64,000 nucleotides of DNA, taken from the IMG/VR virus record IMGVR_UViG_2778261268_000002; one strand, 5' to 3'. The position numbers and the translations under genes are program-made. Shown piece by piece: positions 1 through 11,100 of the stretch. The stretch's first letter is position 1; each line of letters starts with the position of its first letter. Below the pieces are notes generated by a model. That model made no database searches. It was not told the origin of the DNA and worked only from the letters and a program-made list of their open reading frames with translations. This stretch comes from a virus (lineage: Duplodnaviria > Heunggongvirae > Uroviricota > Caudoviricetes).

Positions 1-17
1 ACCTCGGTTTACAGGAA
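1..17 (-). other. cix: Cin/Gin/Hin-type inversion crossover site (partial, cut by window edge)
   Basis: Reverse complement TTCCTGTAAACCGAGGT matches the left 17 bp of the gix/cix 26-bp consensus; inverted partner at 3664-3689. Confidence 0.6.
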
Positions 18-1025
18 ACGGTAAACAGGGCTGGTAACGCCGTGCAAAAAAATGGCGATACCTTGTCCGGTGGGCTTACTTTTGAAAATGACTCAATCCT
101 TGCCTGGATTCGAAATACTGACTGGGCGAAGATTGGATTTAAAAATGATGCCGATGGTGACACTGATTCATACATGTGGTTTGAAACAGGCGACAACGGC
201 AATGAATATTTCAAATGGAGAAGCAAACAAAGCACCACAACAAAAGACCTGATGAATCTTAAATGGGATGCTTTGTCTGTTCTTGTTAAAGCCCTTTTCA
301 GCAGTGAAGTAAAAATATCGACAGTCAATGCACTGAGGATATTTAATTCATCTTTTGGTGCCATTTTTCGCCGTTCTGAAGAATGCCTGCATATCATCCC
401 TACACGAGAGAACGAGGGAGAAAATGGTGATATAGGGCCACTACGCCCCTTTACGCTTAATCTTAGAACTGGTCGGATAAGCATGGGGCATGGTCTTGAT
501 GTTACAGGGGATATATTTGCAAACCGTTTTGCAATTAACAGTAGTACCGGCATGTGGATTCATATGCGTGACCAGAATGTTATTTTGGGACGCAATGCGG
601 TATCCACCGATGGTGCGCAGGCATTACTTCGTCAGGACCATGCTGATCGCAAATTTATGATTGGTGGGCTGGGAAATAAGCAATTTGGCATCTACATGAT
701 TAATAACTCAAGGACAGCCAATGGCACCGATGGTCAGGCGTACATGGATAATAACGGGAATTGGCTTTGCGGCTCGCAAGTTATTCCCGGCAACTATGGC
801 AATTTTGATTCCAGATATGTGAAAGATGTTCGACTTGGTTCACAGCAATATTATGGAGTGAACAACTGGCAAACATGGAATTTCCAGTGCCCTTCAGGTC
901 ATGTATTGTCTGGTATTAATGTTCAGGATACAGGTTCCAACTCTGCCGATAATATAGCGGGCGTTTATTACAGACCCGTTCAAAAGTATATAAATGGCAC
1001 CTGGTATAATGTAGCGAGCGTTTAA
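3..1025 (+). CDS. Sv': Alternative tail-fibre variable C-terminal module (5' partial; only joined to the constant part after inversion)
   Basis: ORF open to window start in frame 3; C-terminus ...[12 protein letters not shown] parallels the end of the full tail-fibre gene; reading frame through the crossover site encodes LGLQE like LGLRE in S. Confidence 0.7.
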   Translation, partial: LGLQETVNRAGNAVQKNGDTLSGGLTFENDSILAWIRNTDWAKIGFKNDADGDTDSYMWFETGDNGNEYFKWRSKQSTTTKDLMNLKWDALSVLVKALFSSEVKISTVNALRIFNSSFGAIFRRSEECLHIIPTRENEGENGDIGPLRPFTLNLRTGRISMGHGLDVTGDIFANRFAINSSTGMWIHMRDQNVILGRNAVSTDGAQALLRQDHADRKFMIGGLGNKQFGIYMINNSRTANGTDGQAYMDNNGNWLCGSQVIPGNYGNFDSRYVKDVRLGSQQYYGVNNWQTWNFQCPSGHVLSGINVQDTGSNSADNIAGVYYRPVQKYINGTWYNVASV

Positions 1026-1026
1026 T

Positions 1027-1554
1027 ATGATGCACTTAAAGAACATAAAAGCGGGTAACGCTAAAACACTGGAACAGTATGAGTTAACAAAGAAACACGG
1101 AGTTATCTGGCTTTACTCTGAGGACGGAAAAAACTGGTATGAGGAAGTGAAAAACTTTCAGCCAGACACAATAAAGATTGTTTACGATGCAAATAATATT
1201 ATTGTCGCCATCACTAAAGATGCCTCCACGCTTAACCCTGAAGGTTTTAGCGTCGTTGAGGTTCCCGATATAACAGCCAACCGCCGCGCTGATGATTCAG
1301 GAAAGTGGATGTTTAAGGATGGATCTGTAGTTAAACGGATTTATACGGCAGACGAACAGCAACAACAAGCCGAATCACAAAAGGCCGCATTGCTTTCCGA
1401 AGCTGAATCAGTCATCCAGCCGCTGGAACGCGCTGTCAGGCTGAATATGGCAACAGACGAGGAACGCACACGACTGGAAGCATGGGAACGCTATAGTGTT
1501 CTGGTCAGCCGTGTGGATACGGCAAATCCTGAATGGCCACAAAAGCCTGAATAA
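1027..1554 (+). CDS. U': Tail-fibre assembly chaperone (alternative copy)
   Basis: 175 aa; N-terminus [11 protein letters not shown]...[13 protein letters not shown] and [10 protein letters not shown]...GKWMFKDG are typical of Tfa; paralogue of 1583-2116. Confidence 0.85.
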   Translation: MMHLKNIKAGNAKTLEQYELTKKHGVIWLYSEDGKNWYEEVKNFQPDTIKIVYDANNIIVAITKDASTLNPEGFSVVEVPDITANRRADDSGKWMFKDGSVVKRIYTADEQQQQAESQKAALLSEAESVIQPLERAVRLNMATDEERTRLEAWERYSVLVSRVDTANPEWPQKPE

Positions 1555-1560
1555 AAATTA

Positions 1561-1580
1561 AGGCCCGCTATCGGGCCTTG
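1561..1580. terminator. Bidirectional stem-loop between convergent tfa genes
   Basis: AGGCCCG-CTAT-CGGGCCTT hairpin flanked by A/T runs. Confidence 0.45.
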
Positions 1581-1582
1581 TC

Positions 1583-2116
1583 TCATTCAGGTTGTTCGGG
1601 AAATGTTACTGGCAGGCTGGAGGTGTCTGTAGATTCGACTTTCTGCGCATAGAGCATCCACTCAGTTAATTTTTGTTTATTCTCGTCGGAAATGATGCCC
1701 AGCCGTAGCTGTGAGTCCCATAGCTGGGTTTTATCCCTGACAAGTTGCAACAGGCTTTGCTTTTCATTCTCTGCCTGCTGCCTCTGTTCCTCCTCGGTAT
1801 AAGTTCGCTTTATCACTACGCCATCTTTGAACATCCATTTACCCGAAATATCAGCCCGGCGATTTGCTGTAATATCAGGAACCTCAACGACGCTTGCGCC
1901 TTCTGGATTAATTGCTGAAACATCCTTTTCAATACAAATAATAACGTTGTTGTGGTCATAGACCATTTTCAACGTATCAGGCTGAAAGTTCTTTTGTTCC
2001 TCATACCAGTTTTTCCCATCCTCTGTATAAAGCCATTTGATGTTAAATTGTTTCGTTAGCTGGTATTGCTCTTTTGTTTTAGGGTTGCCAGCAGTAATAT
2101 TTTTTAAGTGCATCAT
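1583..2116 (-). CDS. U: Tail-fibre assembly chaperone
   Basis: 177 aa, about 60% identical by eye to the plus-strand copy; immediately downstream of the tail-fibre gene. Confidence 0.85.
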   Translation of the reverse strand: MMHLKNITAGNPKTKEQYQLTKQFNIKWLYTEDGKNWYEEQKNFQPDTLKMVYDHNNVIICIEKDVSAINPEGASVVEVPDITANRRADISGKWMFKDGVVIKRTYTEEEQRQQAENEKQSLLQLVRDKTQLWDSQLRLGIISDENKQKLTEWMLYAQKVESTDTSSLPVTFPEQPE

Positions 2117-2118
2117 AA

Positions 2119-5037
2119 TTAAATACTCCCCGCGTTATACCACGTTCCATTAATGCAATACTGAATTGGCCTTGCCTGAGTTGTATCAATTAATTCATCA
2201 CGGTTTCCGTTAACTGAACCCGTAACGACATAACCTGACCTGTCAGACCAGCCGGGACCATTCCATGTCTGAACAGATGACAGACCGCCAAGGCGAATAC
2301 CTGTAATAAACCTTGAGTTACATTCTGCCTGCGTATATGCTCCAACATCTCCCGCAGAGGGTTTGCGGGTTGTGGTGTAAAACTCTGACCAGTCAGCTTC
2401 AAAGCCATAACCATCTCGCGCTGAACGATAATAAATACCGCCGTTCTTATAATTCACACGGAACTGAACCGCCGGGCAACTCCCCGCATTCATATTAAAG
2501 TGAAGAATCAATGTTGACGCTCCACTAATAGTCGCATTATAAACGCCGCTATTTGAGTTCCATCCAACAGCTTTGTCATTTCCAACAGTGCTTCCTGTCT
2601 GCCCTAAAGCAAATGCAGGCTGCTGATTTTTGGTACTGTAGTCACGCCGCCAGCCTGGCGCATAATCTCCACCGTGGTTTATATAAGTAAATTGTGCATT
2701 AGTAGTTCCGCCACCGCTGGAAGTGCTCGGGGTGGTTACACGGATGGTCATGGCACCTTTATTACCCATAACCTCAATAACGCAACCTGCAAGATGAATA
2801 GTTCCACAGCCAGTATCGGTAATAATTTTATTATTGCCGTATGACCATGAACATTTGCACATCCAGTATGGGTGATTGAATGCCCCTTGAGAATCCAGCC
2901 ATTCAATCAATTGTGCCGTCGTCCAGTTTCCTGCACCTGTGCTAATAGCACCATGAAAAGAGCGGCAAGCACCTATTGTTTGCGTAAATTTATCTTTGTT
3001 TGGAATATCTGCGCCGTTCTGTTTTTTCTGCAATGATCCAGCGGCTAATTCTACGGTTTGCTCAAGATTTAAATCTTCCGCCGTTAACTCAATGTTTTTA
3101 GAACCATCAAACGAGACACCGTTAATAGTACGTGCTGTCTGCAATTTAGTCGCTGTAGCCGCATTACCAGAGGTATCCTGATTCCCTTTGGCATTAACGC
3201 CGGGAACGGAATCTTTTGACGTATAGACCTGTGCCCATTCAGACCAGTTGGCAGAATCAGTATCCCGCCGCGAACGGATATGTACGGGCGCATGGGCACC
3301 GCTCGTGCCACTCCAGCCAATGAATAACTCACCTTCGCCAGCAGCGGTGGCACCTTTAAGGTGAAGCACATTGCCATAGGGGGAAGGGTAGCCATTGTTG
3401 TATGCCTCATACAGCTGAATCCCGGATGTTCCCTGTGCATTCGCCTCCAGGGCCGTTACGCGACCGCGCGATACCAGAGTATTGATATTAATGTCACCAG
3501 AACCATCGAACCTGACGCCATTAATGTTTCTGGCTGTTTTCAATTTCGTTGCGGTATCGGCGTTCCCTGTCAGCGCCCCGGTGATCCCGCCGTTGAAAGT
3601 CTGGCGTGCACTCCATGTGTTAGCCGTGCTCAACAGGGGGATCTTTTCACCGCTGGTACCGAGTTCTCTTAAACCAAGGTATTGGATAACGGCCAGTGTG
3701 CTTGTTTTAGCCAGAATATCGCGACCGACTGACGTTAAATCAGTCTGAGCTACCGTATCCTTACCAGTGAAATAAGGCAGTTTGTTTGCACCAGTCGCAA
3801 GGGCAGCGAGAGCGGTTAAAGTTGCATCCAGAGGCTGTTTGCCTGCCAGCGCATTTGTCATTGTTGTCGCAAAGTTCGGGTCATTGCCAAGTGCTGCGGC
3901 AAGCTCATTCAGGGTATCAAGAGCTTCTGGTGATGAACCAACCAATGCGGATATGGCAGCTCTTACATAAGCGGTCGTAGCAATCTGCGTGTTATTCGTA
4001 CCCTGTGCAGCGGTAGGCGCAGTAGGTATTCCCGTTAATGCAGGACTTGCTAAAGGAGCTTTAAGAGCCAGAGCATTGTTGATAGTTGTGCTGAAATTCG
4101 GGTCGTTATTGATCGCTGCAGCTATTTCTTTAAGCGTATCCAGTGTGCCTGGTGCACCGTTGATAAGTGCCGTTATAGCTGCCTTAACAAAGGCTGTATT
4201 TGCGATCTGCGTGCTATTTGTACCTTGCGCTGCCGTCGGCGCGGTTGGCGTTCCTGTCAGACTCGGGCTTTCTATTGGCGCTTTGGTATCAGCAAGATCT
4301 TTTACAGACTTAACGGCTTTAGGGGTAGCCGCCATTGTTTCGCTGTCGCTGTTAGTTTCGCTACTGAGCTGAACTAATCCCTTTTGCGTTGTGCTTGCAT
4401 CCTGCGCCGTATACTTACTTTTCGCCAGATCGTAAGCTTTTTTAACTGCCAGCGAACTTGCAGCAACATCACTTCTGCTACTGGTTACAGAGTCTGAAAT
4501 ATCAATGCCGATCGTGCGGTTGATACGCTCGGATGTATCAATCATCTCCTGGGTAATGGCAGATACACCAGCAGGGATATTCACCGTACAAACAAGCAGC
4601 TCCCCATCTCCTAACTGATATGAATCGGTATAGGTTCTGGCAATAAATTCGGCCGCATAAATATGTGACGCTGTATTAACCTGATAGGTATCTTCTCCAA
4701 GGAGGTATCTTCCCTTCAGCACAATTGCATATTTCTTGCCTGCGCTAAGTGCAAGAGAAATATCCTTACGTTGCTGAATAGTTACCTGGTAGAATTCACC
4801 AATATCCACCGACGCCGCGCCTGCGGTTTTATCACCATCCACTGAGGTGATTAACAGGTTCATCCCACCACTAGGCTTAGGTAAGAAACCGGCATAAAAT
4901 CCCGGGTCAACAATCCCTCTGAATTTTCGGTTTAGCGCGGCTGACAGATATGGTTCGTGGTATTGCACATCAGCCACCAGAGCCAACGACTCGGGTGATG
5001 GGTAAGTAACCGATGTAACAACTGTAACGTCATTCAT
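2119..5037 (-). CDS. S: Tail fibre protein (constant N-terminal part plus currently attached variable part)
   Basis: 973 aa from ATG at 5037 (RBS AAGGA upstream); Ala/Thr/Gly-rich repeats, [13 protein letters not shown] and [13 protein letters not shown] fibre motifs; the track ORF start at 5124 is an upstream in-frame extension. Confidence 0.85.
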   Translation of the reverse strand: MNDVTVVTSVTYPSPESLALVADVQYHEPYLSAALNRKFRGIVDPGFYAGFLPKPSGGMNLLITSVDGDKTAGAASVDIGEFYQVTIQQRKDISLALSAGKKYAIVLKGRYLLGEDTYQVNTASHIYAAEFIARTYTDSYQLGDGELLVCTVNIPAGVSAITQEMIDTSERINRTIGIDISDSVTSSRSDVAASSLAVKKAYDLAKSKYTAQDASTTQKGLVQLSSETNSDSETMAATPKAVKSVKDLADTKAPIESPSLTGTPTAPTAAQGTNSTQIANTAFVKAAITALINGAPGTLDTLKEIAAAINNDPNFSTTINNALALKAPLASPALTGIPTAPTAAQGTNNTQIATTAYVRAAISALVGSSPEALDTLNELAAALGNDPNFATTMTNALAGKQPLDATLTALAALATGANKLPYFTGKDTVAQTDLTSVGRDILAKTSTLAVIQYLGLRELGTSGEKIPLLSTANTWSARQTFNGGITGALTGNADTATKLKTARNINGVRFDGSGDININTLVSRGRVTALEANAQGTSGIQLYEAYNNGYPSPYGNVLHLKGATAAGEGELFIGWSGTSGAHAPVHIRSRRDTDSANWSEWAQVYTSKDSVPGVNAKGNQDTSGNAATATKLQTARTINGVSFDGSKNIELTAEDLNLEQTVELAAGSLQKKQNGADIPNKDKFTQTIGACRSFHGAISTGAGNWTTAQLIEWLDSQGAFNHPYWMCKCSWSYGNNKIITDTGCGTIHLAGCVIEVMGNKGAMTIRVTTPSTSSGGGTTNAQFTYINHGGDYAPGWRRDYSTKNQQPAFALGQTGSTVGNDKAVGWNSNSGVYNATISGASTLILHFNMNAGSCPAVQFRVNYKNGGIYYRSARDGYGFEADWSEFYTTTRKPSAGDVGAYTQAECNSRFITGIRLGGLSSVQTWNGPGWSDRSGYVVTGSVNGNRDELIDTTQARPIQYCINGTWYNAGSI
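3664..3689 (+). other. cix: Inversion crossover site inside the tail-fibre gene
   Basis: TTCTCTTAAACCAAGGTATTGGATAA, 13/17 identical to the inverted site at 1-17; lies in codons ...VIQYLGLRE. Confidence 0.6.
3829..4269 (-). repeat. Internal tandem duplication (two units of about 73 codons) within the tail-fibre gene
   Basis: Protein residues about 257-329 and 330-403 repeat: SP(S/A)LTG(T/I)[23 protein letters not shown]...LDTL.E.AAA..NDPNF. Confidence 0.6.
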
Positions 5038-5048
5038 CAAGCATATCC

Positions 5049-5483
5049 TTATGCTGTAGTCGTGTTTATGGCCATAACTGCGGTATATGTTTTGCCTACA
5101 TACAGCGAGTCTTCCTGGACACAAATAATGGCGATTGGCTTGTTCTCGTTATCCAGAACAACCAGAGTGTTGAATGGGTAGTTTTTCCCTTCCTGCAACT
5201 GGCTTTGATCAAGGTCCATTCGGACAGTAATTATCCCACCTGAGTAGGTTGGCACGAGGTTGATGGTGCAAAATTGACTGGTCAGTTCTGCCAGATCGAA
5301 AGCCTTTGGCAGTTCTCCAATCTCATAAGTGCCATCTCCTTTCTTAGTAACCAGCGAACTGGTACCGAAAACGGCCTTGCTGATTAAAAATCGAGAGCCT
5401 TTGTTAATGGACGATTCAGCGCGCCGCTGATAGTAATAGTCCAACAACTGACTCTTATAGAGGTTTGTTGAGACGTCAGACAT
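5049..5483 (-). CDS. Tail/baseplate-associated structural protein (position of P1 R)
   Basis: 144 aa; stop 12 nt upstream of the tail-fibre start; same operon. Confidence 0.5.
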   Translation of the reverse strand: MSDVSTNLYKSQLLDYYYQRRAESSINKGSRFLISKAVFGTSSLVTKKGDGTYEIGELPKAFDLAELTSQFCTINLVPTYSGGIITVRMDLDQSQLQEGKNYPFNTLVVLDNENKPIAIICVQEDSLYVGKTYTAVMAINTTTA

Positions 5484-5561
5484 GATTTTCCCTAATCAAT
5501 GTTGTGAAGCCTCATTGTAAGATAAGTAACTTGTCACCCCGCCCTGCGGACGGGGTTATTG

Positions 5562-6401
5562 TCAGGCATCGCTATCCAGCAGCAAATCATCTGCGAGGGT
5601 GCGATCAAACGTAGGCGTTGCTTTCACAATAGTGCCGCCCGGCGTTGCAGTGATCGGAGCGCTAATCGACGTAACTCCAGTAAGCGAAGTTGTATCCGAA
5701 GTTTCAAACCAGCAGTACGCTTTTTCGGTATCAGAAATCTCGTTCAAAGTGATCATGTCGGCCTGTTCATTTACAACAACCGACAAATAGAGCGTAAGCC
5801 CATCAAACACTATATGCAGTGGCAGTAGAGGCTTTACGAACTGATTAAACTTTCTGAGAATTTCTTCTGTAATTGCAGACTGATCTATCGTGCCAGTAAT
5901 CCCCATTGTCCGGGCCAGGTCGTTTATGGGAATACTGATCATCCCTCTGGAAGTCAGAAACATCTCGCCGAATGTGCCGCCGGTAGTCTCCAGTGTGCTT
6001 TCTGGTATTAGAACCGTGCCATAGGGATGACGCTCAAGGTCCACCGGTGCATATATCGGATCCCATAAAACAGAAATACCGTTAAATTCGCGGTAAATTG
6101 TCTGGTTTATAGGGCGTTCAGTCCCCTTAAAGTGAATCTCATCAAGACGCTGTTGTAACAACATCGGAACGGAAGATGAGTTCGACGTTCTGATAGTAAA
6201 GAACTGGCCAAGTTCATTTGTCCTGGTCTCCAGATCCTCCTTGCTCATGGAGAAAATAGACTTCCGGTTGGTAATTCGCTCCAACCATGGGTCAACAAAG
6301 GTGTCCATCATTGACTGAACCAAATCAGCCAATGATTTATAGAGCAATGACTTTTGCTTAGCTGATGTAAGCCGGTTATTAAACCAGGAACGCTGCATCA
6401 C
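5562..6401 (-). CDS. Baseplate/tail structural protein
   Basis: 279 aa; start overlaps the stop of the upstream gene (ATGA), so translationally coupled within the tail operon. Confidence 0.5.
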   Translation of the reverse strand: MMQRSWFNNRLTSAKQKSLLYKSLADLVQSMMDTFVDPWLERITNRKSIFSMSKEDLETRTNELGQFFTIRTSNSSSVPMLLQQRLDEIHFKGTERPINQTIYREFNGISVLWDPIYAPVDLERHPYGTVLIPESTLETTGGTFGEMFLTSRGMISIPINDLARTMGITGTIDQSAITEEILRKFNQFVKPLLPLHIVFDGLTLYLSVVVNEQADMITLNEISDTEKAYCWFETSDTTSLTGVTSISAPITATPGGTIVKATPTFDRTLADDLLLDSDA

Positions 6402-7831
6402 TCCTCCTCATACGAAATATTAAAGGTGGAGTTTTCTGTATCCAGATAAACGAAATCGTAAAAGCCGTTGGACTCATTCCACTCGACAAATTCCAGATAA
6501 AAGTCGCGGAAATAACCCAGCGTTTCGATAAACGCCCAAACGTCTTTTTTCTTAATCAGGATGTACTTTCCAACGCGGTTCGGATCAAAAAAAGTTGAAT
6601 CGCGCCCAAATTTTGTTTCCAGTGCCGACTTCAGCTCATCGGTCACATTCTCAATGGTCAGGCTTGCCGATATCCGTCCGGTGATGGTGATCTTAAAGGG
6701 TAGTTTTCTGACCTCTTTATAAGAGAATTTCTTGTTCAGTTCATTCGGTACCTTCTTAAAGGCAGTCAGGATCATTTCTTCAAGCTCTGACTGGCTTTTA
6801 TTTGGATGCCATCCTGAAATAAATATCTTATTGATATTCTGAACATTATAAGCACCATCTAATTTCTCTTGCTGGCCTTCGCCCCATGCCTTTACCCAGG
6901 ACAGCCCCGGGATGTTACGAACCAGAAAATACGTATAGTCCCCGCCCCATACGACCTGATCATCATAGGCAAGGTAATATTGTGCACGGTTACGTGTGAT
7001 CTCCGTTGTTTCAGCATCGGTACCTGCGGTTATAGGTGTCGTTGTCTTAACTGAAATCAAATTAGCTAAATTAGCCGCAGAATCGACAGGCGTCAGGTTT
7101 TGGCCAGCAACCAGGGTTATATCGCCGTTGGTGCACCATACCTTAAGCGTAATTGTCGAGCCTTCTGGCGGTATTTGCCCAATTAGTCCATCGCCGAATC
7201 GAACCCCCAACTGCTCGGAAGGTTTATAAAACTCAACGTAGACCTGGCTTTTACTACCGGCTAACCGGAACATAGTGCTGGAAGACCACTGCGTGGTCTT
7301 ACCATCGGTCGTCACGAATACTTCCAGCTTATAGCAGACAGCAGTGAGAGCCTTTGATAACACGACTTCCAGAAATTCTTTGGCTGCCGTAACGGTATAT
7401 GTCACCTCCTGGATTTCCAACTGTGCCACTTCTACCGTACCGGTGCCGTCAACCAACCTGCATACATCCATAGTCATGTAAGGGTACTGGTCGTCAGATA
7501 TTAAAGGCATGTTTTTGGGTATTACCGCTGGGGCATCTTCACTTGTGGCAGTGATCTCAATCATCCCCGATGACGGTGTTGGCTTGGTACCAACGTAACT
7601 ATTCGTTTCTGCCGCTGCCAGGATAGAGGAACGCCGCGTCGCGGTCGATATAAAGCCTTCAGCCAGCGCCGCATCGGCATACTGAAAGCACCTGTAGACA
7701 ATCTGGGTAATAAACAATGTCAGCATCGAGACAAATTGAGAGCCGACAAACTTCGACCAGAATGAATCTTTCTCGACAAGCTCTTCAAACTCTGCACGAA
7801 TACTGTCTTTAGTCGGTGTTGTTTTACTCAT
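6398..7831 (-). CDS. Baseplate protein (baseplate-J-like by position and size)
   Basis: 477 aa; overlapping stop/start with neighbours on both sides. Confidence 0.45.
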   Translation of the reverse strand: MSKTTPTKDSIRAEFEELVEKDSFWSKFVGSQFVSMLTLFITQIVYRCFQYADAALAEGFISTATRRSSILAAAETNSYVGTKPTPSSGMIEITATSEDAPAVIPKNMPLISDDQYPYMTMDVCRLVDGTGTVEVAQLEIQEVTYTVTAAKEFLEVVLSKALTAVCYKLEVFVTTDGKTTQWSSSTMFRLAGSKSQVYVEFYKPSEQLGVRFGDGLIGQIPPEGSTITLKVWCTNGDITLVAGQNLTPVDSAANLANLISVKTTTPITAGTDAETTEITRNRAQYYLAYDDQVVWGGDYTYFLVRNIPGLSWVKAWGEGQQEKLDGAYNVQNINKIFISGWHPNKSQSELEEMILTAFKKVPNELNKKFSYKEVRKLPFKITITGRISASLTIENVTDELKSALETKFGRDSTFFDPNRVGKYILIKKKDVWAFIETLGYFRDFYLEFVEWNESNGFYDFVYLDTENSTFNISYEEE

Positions 7832-8187
7832 AGCACCACGTCCTGTGTGATAGTTATATCCCTGATACGAATGGATATTTTCAACTTATCAAAAGCATCT
7901 CCCTCGGCTACTGACAAGCCAGAAATCGGTATGTCGGGTAAATCTACCGTCAGTTTTTGCAAAAGCATTGCCTCAACCGCAATTTGAACATGTGACAAGT
8001 TGGTCGGTTCGTGTTTAAACTGCGGTAAAACATTGCCCCATGACGGATCTCCGTATACCTCACCCTGATAAGTGTTTAGCCACTCATATAAACGAGCGCC
8101 CCAGGCCTCCTCCTGGGACTCATACGTTTTTACGCCGGATAACTCCAGCGTCAGTAAAGGATCAATTTCATTATTGTTGGCCATCAA
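7828..8187 (-). CDS. Small baseplate-region protein (possibly GPW/gp25-like)
   Basis: 119 aa; coupled to the flanking baseplate genes. Confidence 0.4.
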   Translation of the reverse strand: MMANNNEIDPLLTLELSGVKTYESQEEAWGARLYEWLNTYQGEVYGDPSWGNVLPQFKHEPTNLSHVQIAVEAMLLQKLTVDLPDIPISGLSVAEGDAFDKLKISIRIRDITITQDVVL

Positions 8188-11100
8188 TCAACTCTCGCGT
8201 AGTCATTCATCAACGGATCATCAATTGACAGTGGCACCGTGCGCATAACGCCCGGTTGAGGCGTGCTGACCTTTACGACAGTTCCCTGGCCTTTCGCCGA
8301 GTCTTTAGTGTGCTCTTCAATCCTGGCAAGCAATGAGGTCATCTGCGCAAACAGCCGCTTCGTTTCACCATCAAGTGAAACGGTATTATCAGCCAACTGC
8401 ATTGTCGGCTTGGCACCGGAGCCGCCAAGGTCACTAATAACCTGTCCGTCTATCTGCATACGACCGGTTGGTTGCTGCAAATCGTTGGCGGCAGTCGTCA
8501 CCTGGGACGTGGAGGCTGGTTCAGGCGCATTATTTTTCCGCATCCCCGGCGAGTTGCGGAGTTTATCGAATAGTCCATCAATCCCCATTTGTGCGCCGAG
8601 TTGGTCAAAGTAACTTGAGTTGCTGGCCACCGGACGCGCCTCTTCAACTGGCATCGGAGTATCAACATACACATTGCCAGCTGCTGTTGCGGTCCCCTTC
8701 CCTCGTGCACGTTCTTCGAGCGTTCCCTGAACGACTTCCCGACGCATACCCCGGCCATTCATGAATTTGTTGACCAGATCGTTAACGCCAACAGCATTGC
8801 CGATTTTGTCTACCAGACCGCCTTTCTCAAACGGGCTATCACCAGGGGTAAACGCCAGGCCAGTAGACTGATCGATAACGGCGTTATCAGGTATCTTTTC
8901 GTAAATTGCTGGTGCGCTATGATCTACCTTAGAGCCATAAACGGCACCATTATTGAGCATCTGCTGATACCCTCTGACACGAGTAACATATTCGCCGGTA
9001 CCTGCGACTACTCTCCCCTTATCAACATGCCCCATACCAGCATGATAGGCAGCTATTGCACGACCCTGATCACCGTTATAACGGTTCATCAGCATACTTA
9101 GGTATCTGGCGGCACCATCAGCTGCTTTTCGTGTATCCATGGCATCAGCATCGCTGAGTCCAAGATCCTCCCTTGTACCTTTAGTGATCTGAAAAGCCCC
9201 AAGGGCAGATGAAAGTTTGTTCCCGTTTTTGTCTACTGGATTTCCAGTTCTCTGGCCTGCACTAGACTCTGCGGATGCAACTGCTGACAGAATCCCTTTT
9301 TCAAGCCCATACTTACGTTCAAGCTCATCAAAATAATCGGCATTGTCAGAAATCCATTGGTATCCGGCAGCATTTAATTTTGGCAAAGAAACATCCTTGC
9401 CATTGTTAAATCGACGTTTATCTATCTCATATGCACTTAATGCTTCCTCCTTACCTGTAGCAGACTGCCCCAAGGCAGCATCAATTGTTTGTGCTGCTTT
9501 ATTTCCTGTTTCTACGGCATTTGCATTGATAATCTGATTAGCAGTTTCTTTAACTGTTTTATTGCTATCTTTCGCCATATCCAGGGCCGCATTTATCACG
9601 CGGGCAGCAATATTAGTCTGTTTGGCATCGGATTCAGTTTTAGAATCAGATGTCCCCTGGTGGCTATTAACCGGAGCTTTTAACTCTGGAGTGATTTCTT
9701 TCGCATTAGCCTCGCCGATCGGATTGGGTATTTTTGATACAATCATTGCCGCAGGGGTATTTTTAACGGCATCAACCGCTGCATCTAATGCTTTACCTGG
9801 TAAATTTTTAACCCCATCCCAAATATTACCAGCCGCCTCTTTAATGTGTTTCCCTGGGTTCTTAATGAAATCAATTGCACTATCAATTGCATCACTGAAA
9901 ACCTGTTTCAGGTTATCGACAGTAAAGAAGTCTTTGATGGCATCCAGCTTTTCAAGCAGCTTATTAGATGTATCGCTAAACCATGCTGAAACAGCATCAC
10001 CAATCTTTGCTGTGTAATCATCGAACTTGGTAGAAATGGTGTCGCCAAGGTTAGAAATATATGTTTCTAAGTTGGTAATCCCACTATCAATGGCCAGGGC
10101 AATACTTTCCGTCGAAAATGATTGCAACATATTGCCGATATCCTCAAATCCAAGTGATTTGAGAACCTCACCAATGGCGCTGCTAATACCAGATACCAGT
10201 CCCCCCATATCAAGAACATTAGCTAACGTATAAGCGGCTTTTTGCTGGAATGATGGATCTTGCCCTGATTTAAGCCCAAACGCTCGACGTTGCGCTTCTG
10301 TATCATTCCAACCGGTTACCGCATCATAAATACCTCCAGCCACTGTGCCGACTAGGGGAATTGCGCGTAACGCCCCTTTACCAACTGCCTTTAATCCAAG
10401 TTTACCTGCTGCCCGGGCAGCCAAATCTCCGCCTTCATGGGCGAGAGTCTTCTTGCCACCACCGCGTAGCATTCCTACAAGTTTCTTTGCCCCCAGAGCG
10501 CCAAAAGCGAGTGCTCCAGCTTTTTTCAGCATGCCACGCCCCATTAACAACGACGCGACGCCACCGGCCCCCTTCCCTAACAGGCTAAATAATTTGGACA
10601 GCAAGCCGCCCTTCTTTTTCCCGGTGTTTTTGGCTATCTGATCAAGGGCGCTGAGAATCTTGTCATTGCCCTCTTTAATTTCGCTGGTCTGATCCTGAAG
10701 TTCCTGAACCGTCCGTTTTTGGGTGTTAACCTGAACGACATCGGCACTATTTTGCGATTTACGCCTAAAAAAACCTTTTCTACGGCTGTTATCGTCATTG
10801 CCACGAATCACATCGGCAATAGACTTTCTGGCACCATTAAGCGATCCACCAACTTCTTTTGATATCCCGCCAAGCTCCTTCCCTGCGGCCCACAATGGAC
10901 CAGCAACGGCATAACCTAACGCATCGACGGCACGAGTCTCTGAAGGGTTACCTATGCCTTCAGCTACTTTTGACAGTTTTTTTAATAAACCTGATTCAGC
11001 ATTTAGACGCTCATCATCCTCTTTTCGCCTGGCCTTTTCTGCTCGTTCAGCACGGGCATCTTCCGCTGCGGCCTTACTCCCTGACTTTCCAATAAAACGA

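Larger units (their letters stand above)
1..3689. other. Invertible tail-fibre host-range segment (P1 C-segment / Mu G-segment type)
   Basis: Bounded by inverted crossover sites; carries two alternative variable tail-fibre modules and two convergent tail-fibre assembly genes. Confidence 0.6.

Noticed and set aside
3989-4372. Plus-strand 127-aa Ala/Val/Gly-rich ORF and several other 60-120-aa ORFs antisense to the tail-fibre gene (2190-4372)
   Set aside because: They lie entirely inside the well-supported minus-strand tail-fibre gene and reflect its repetitive codon content; no RBS and low-complexity translations.
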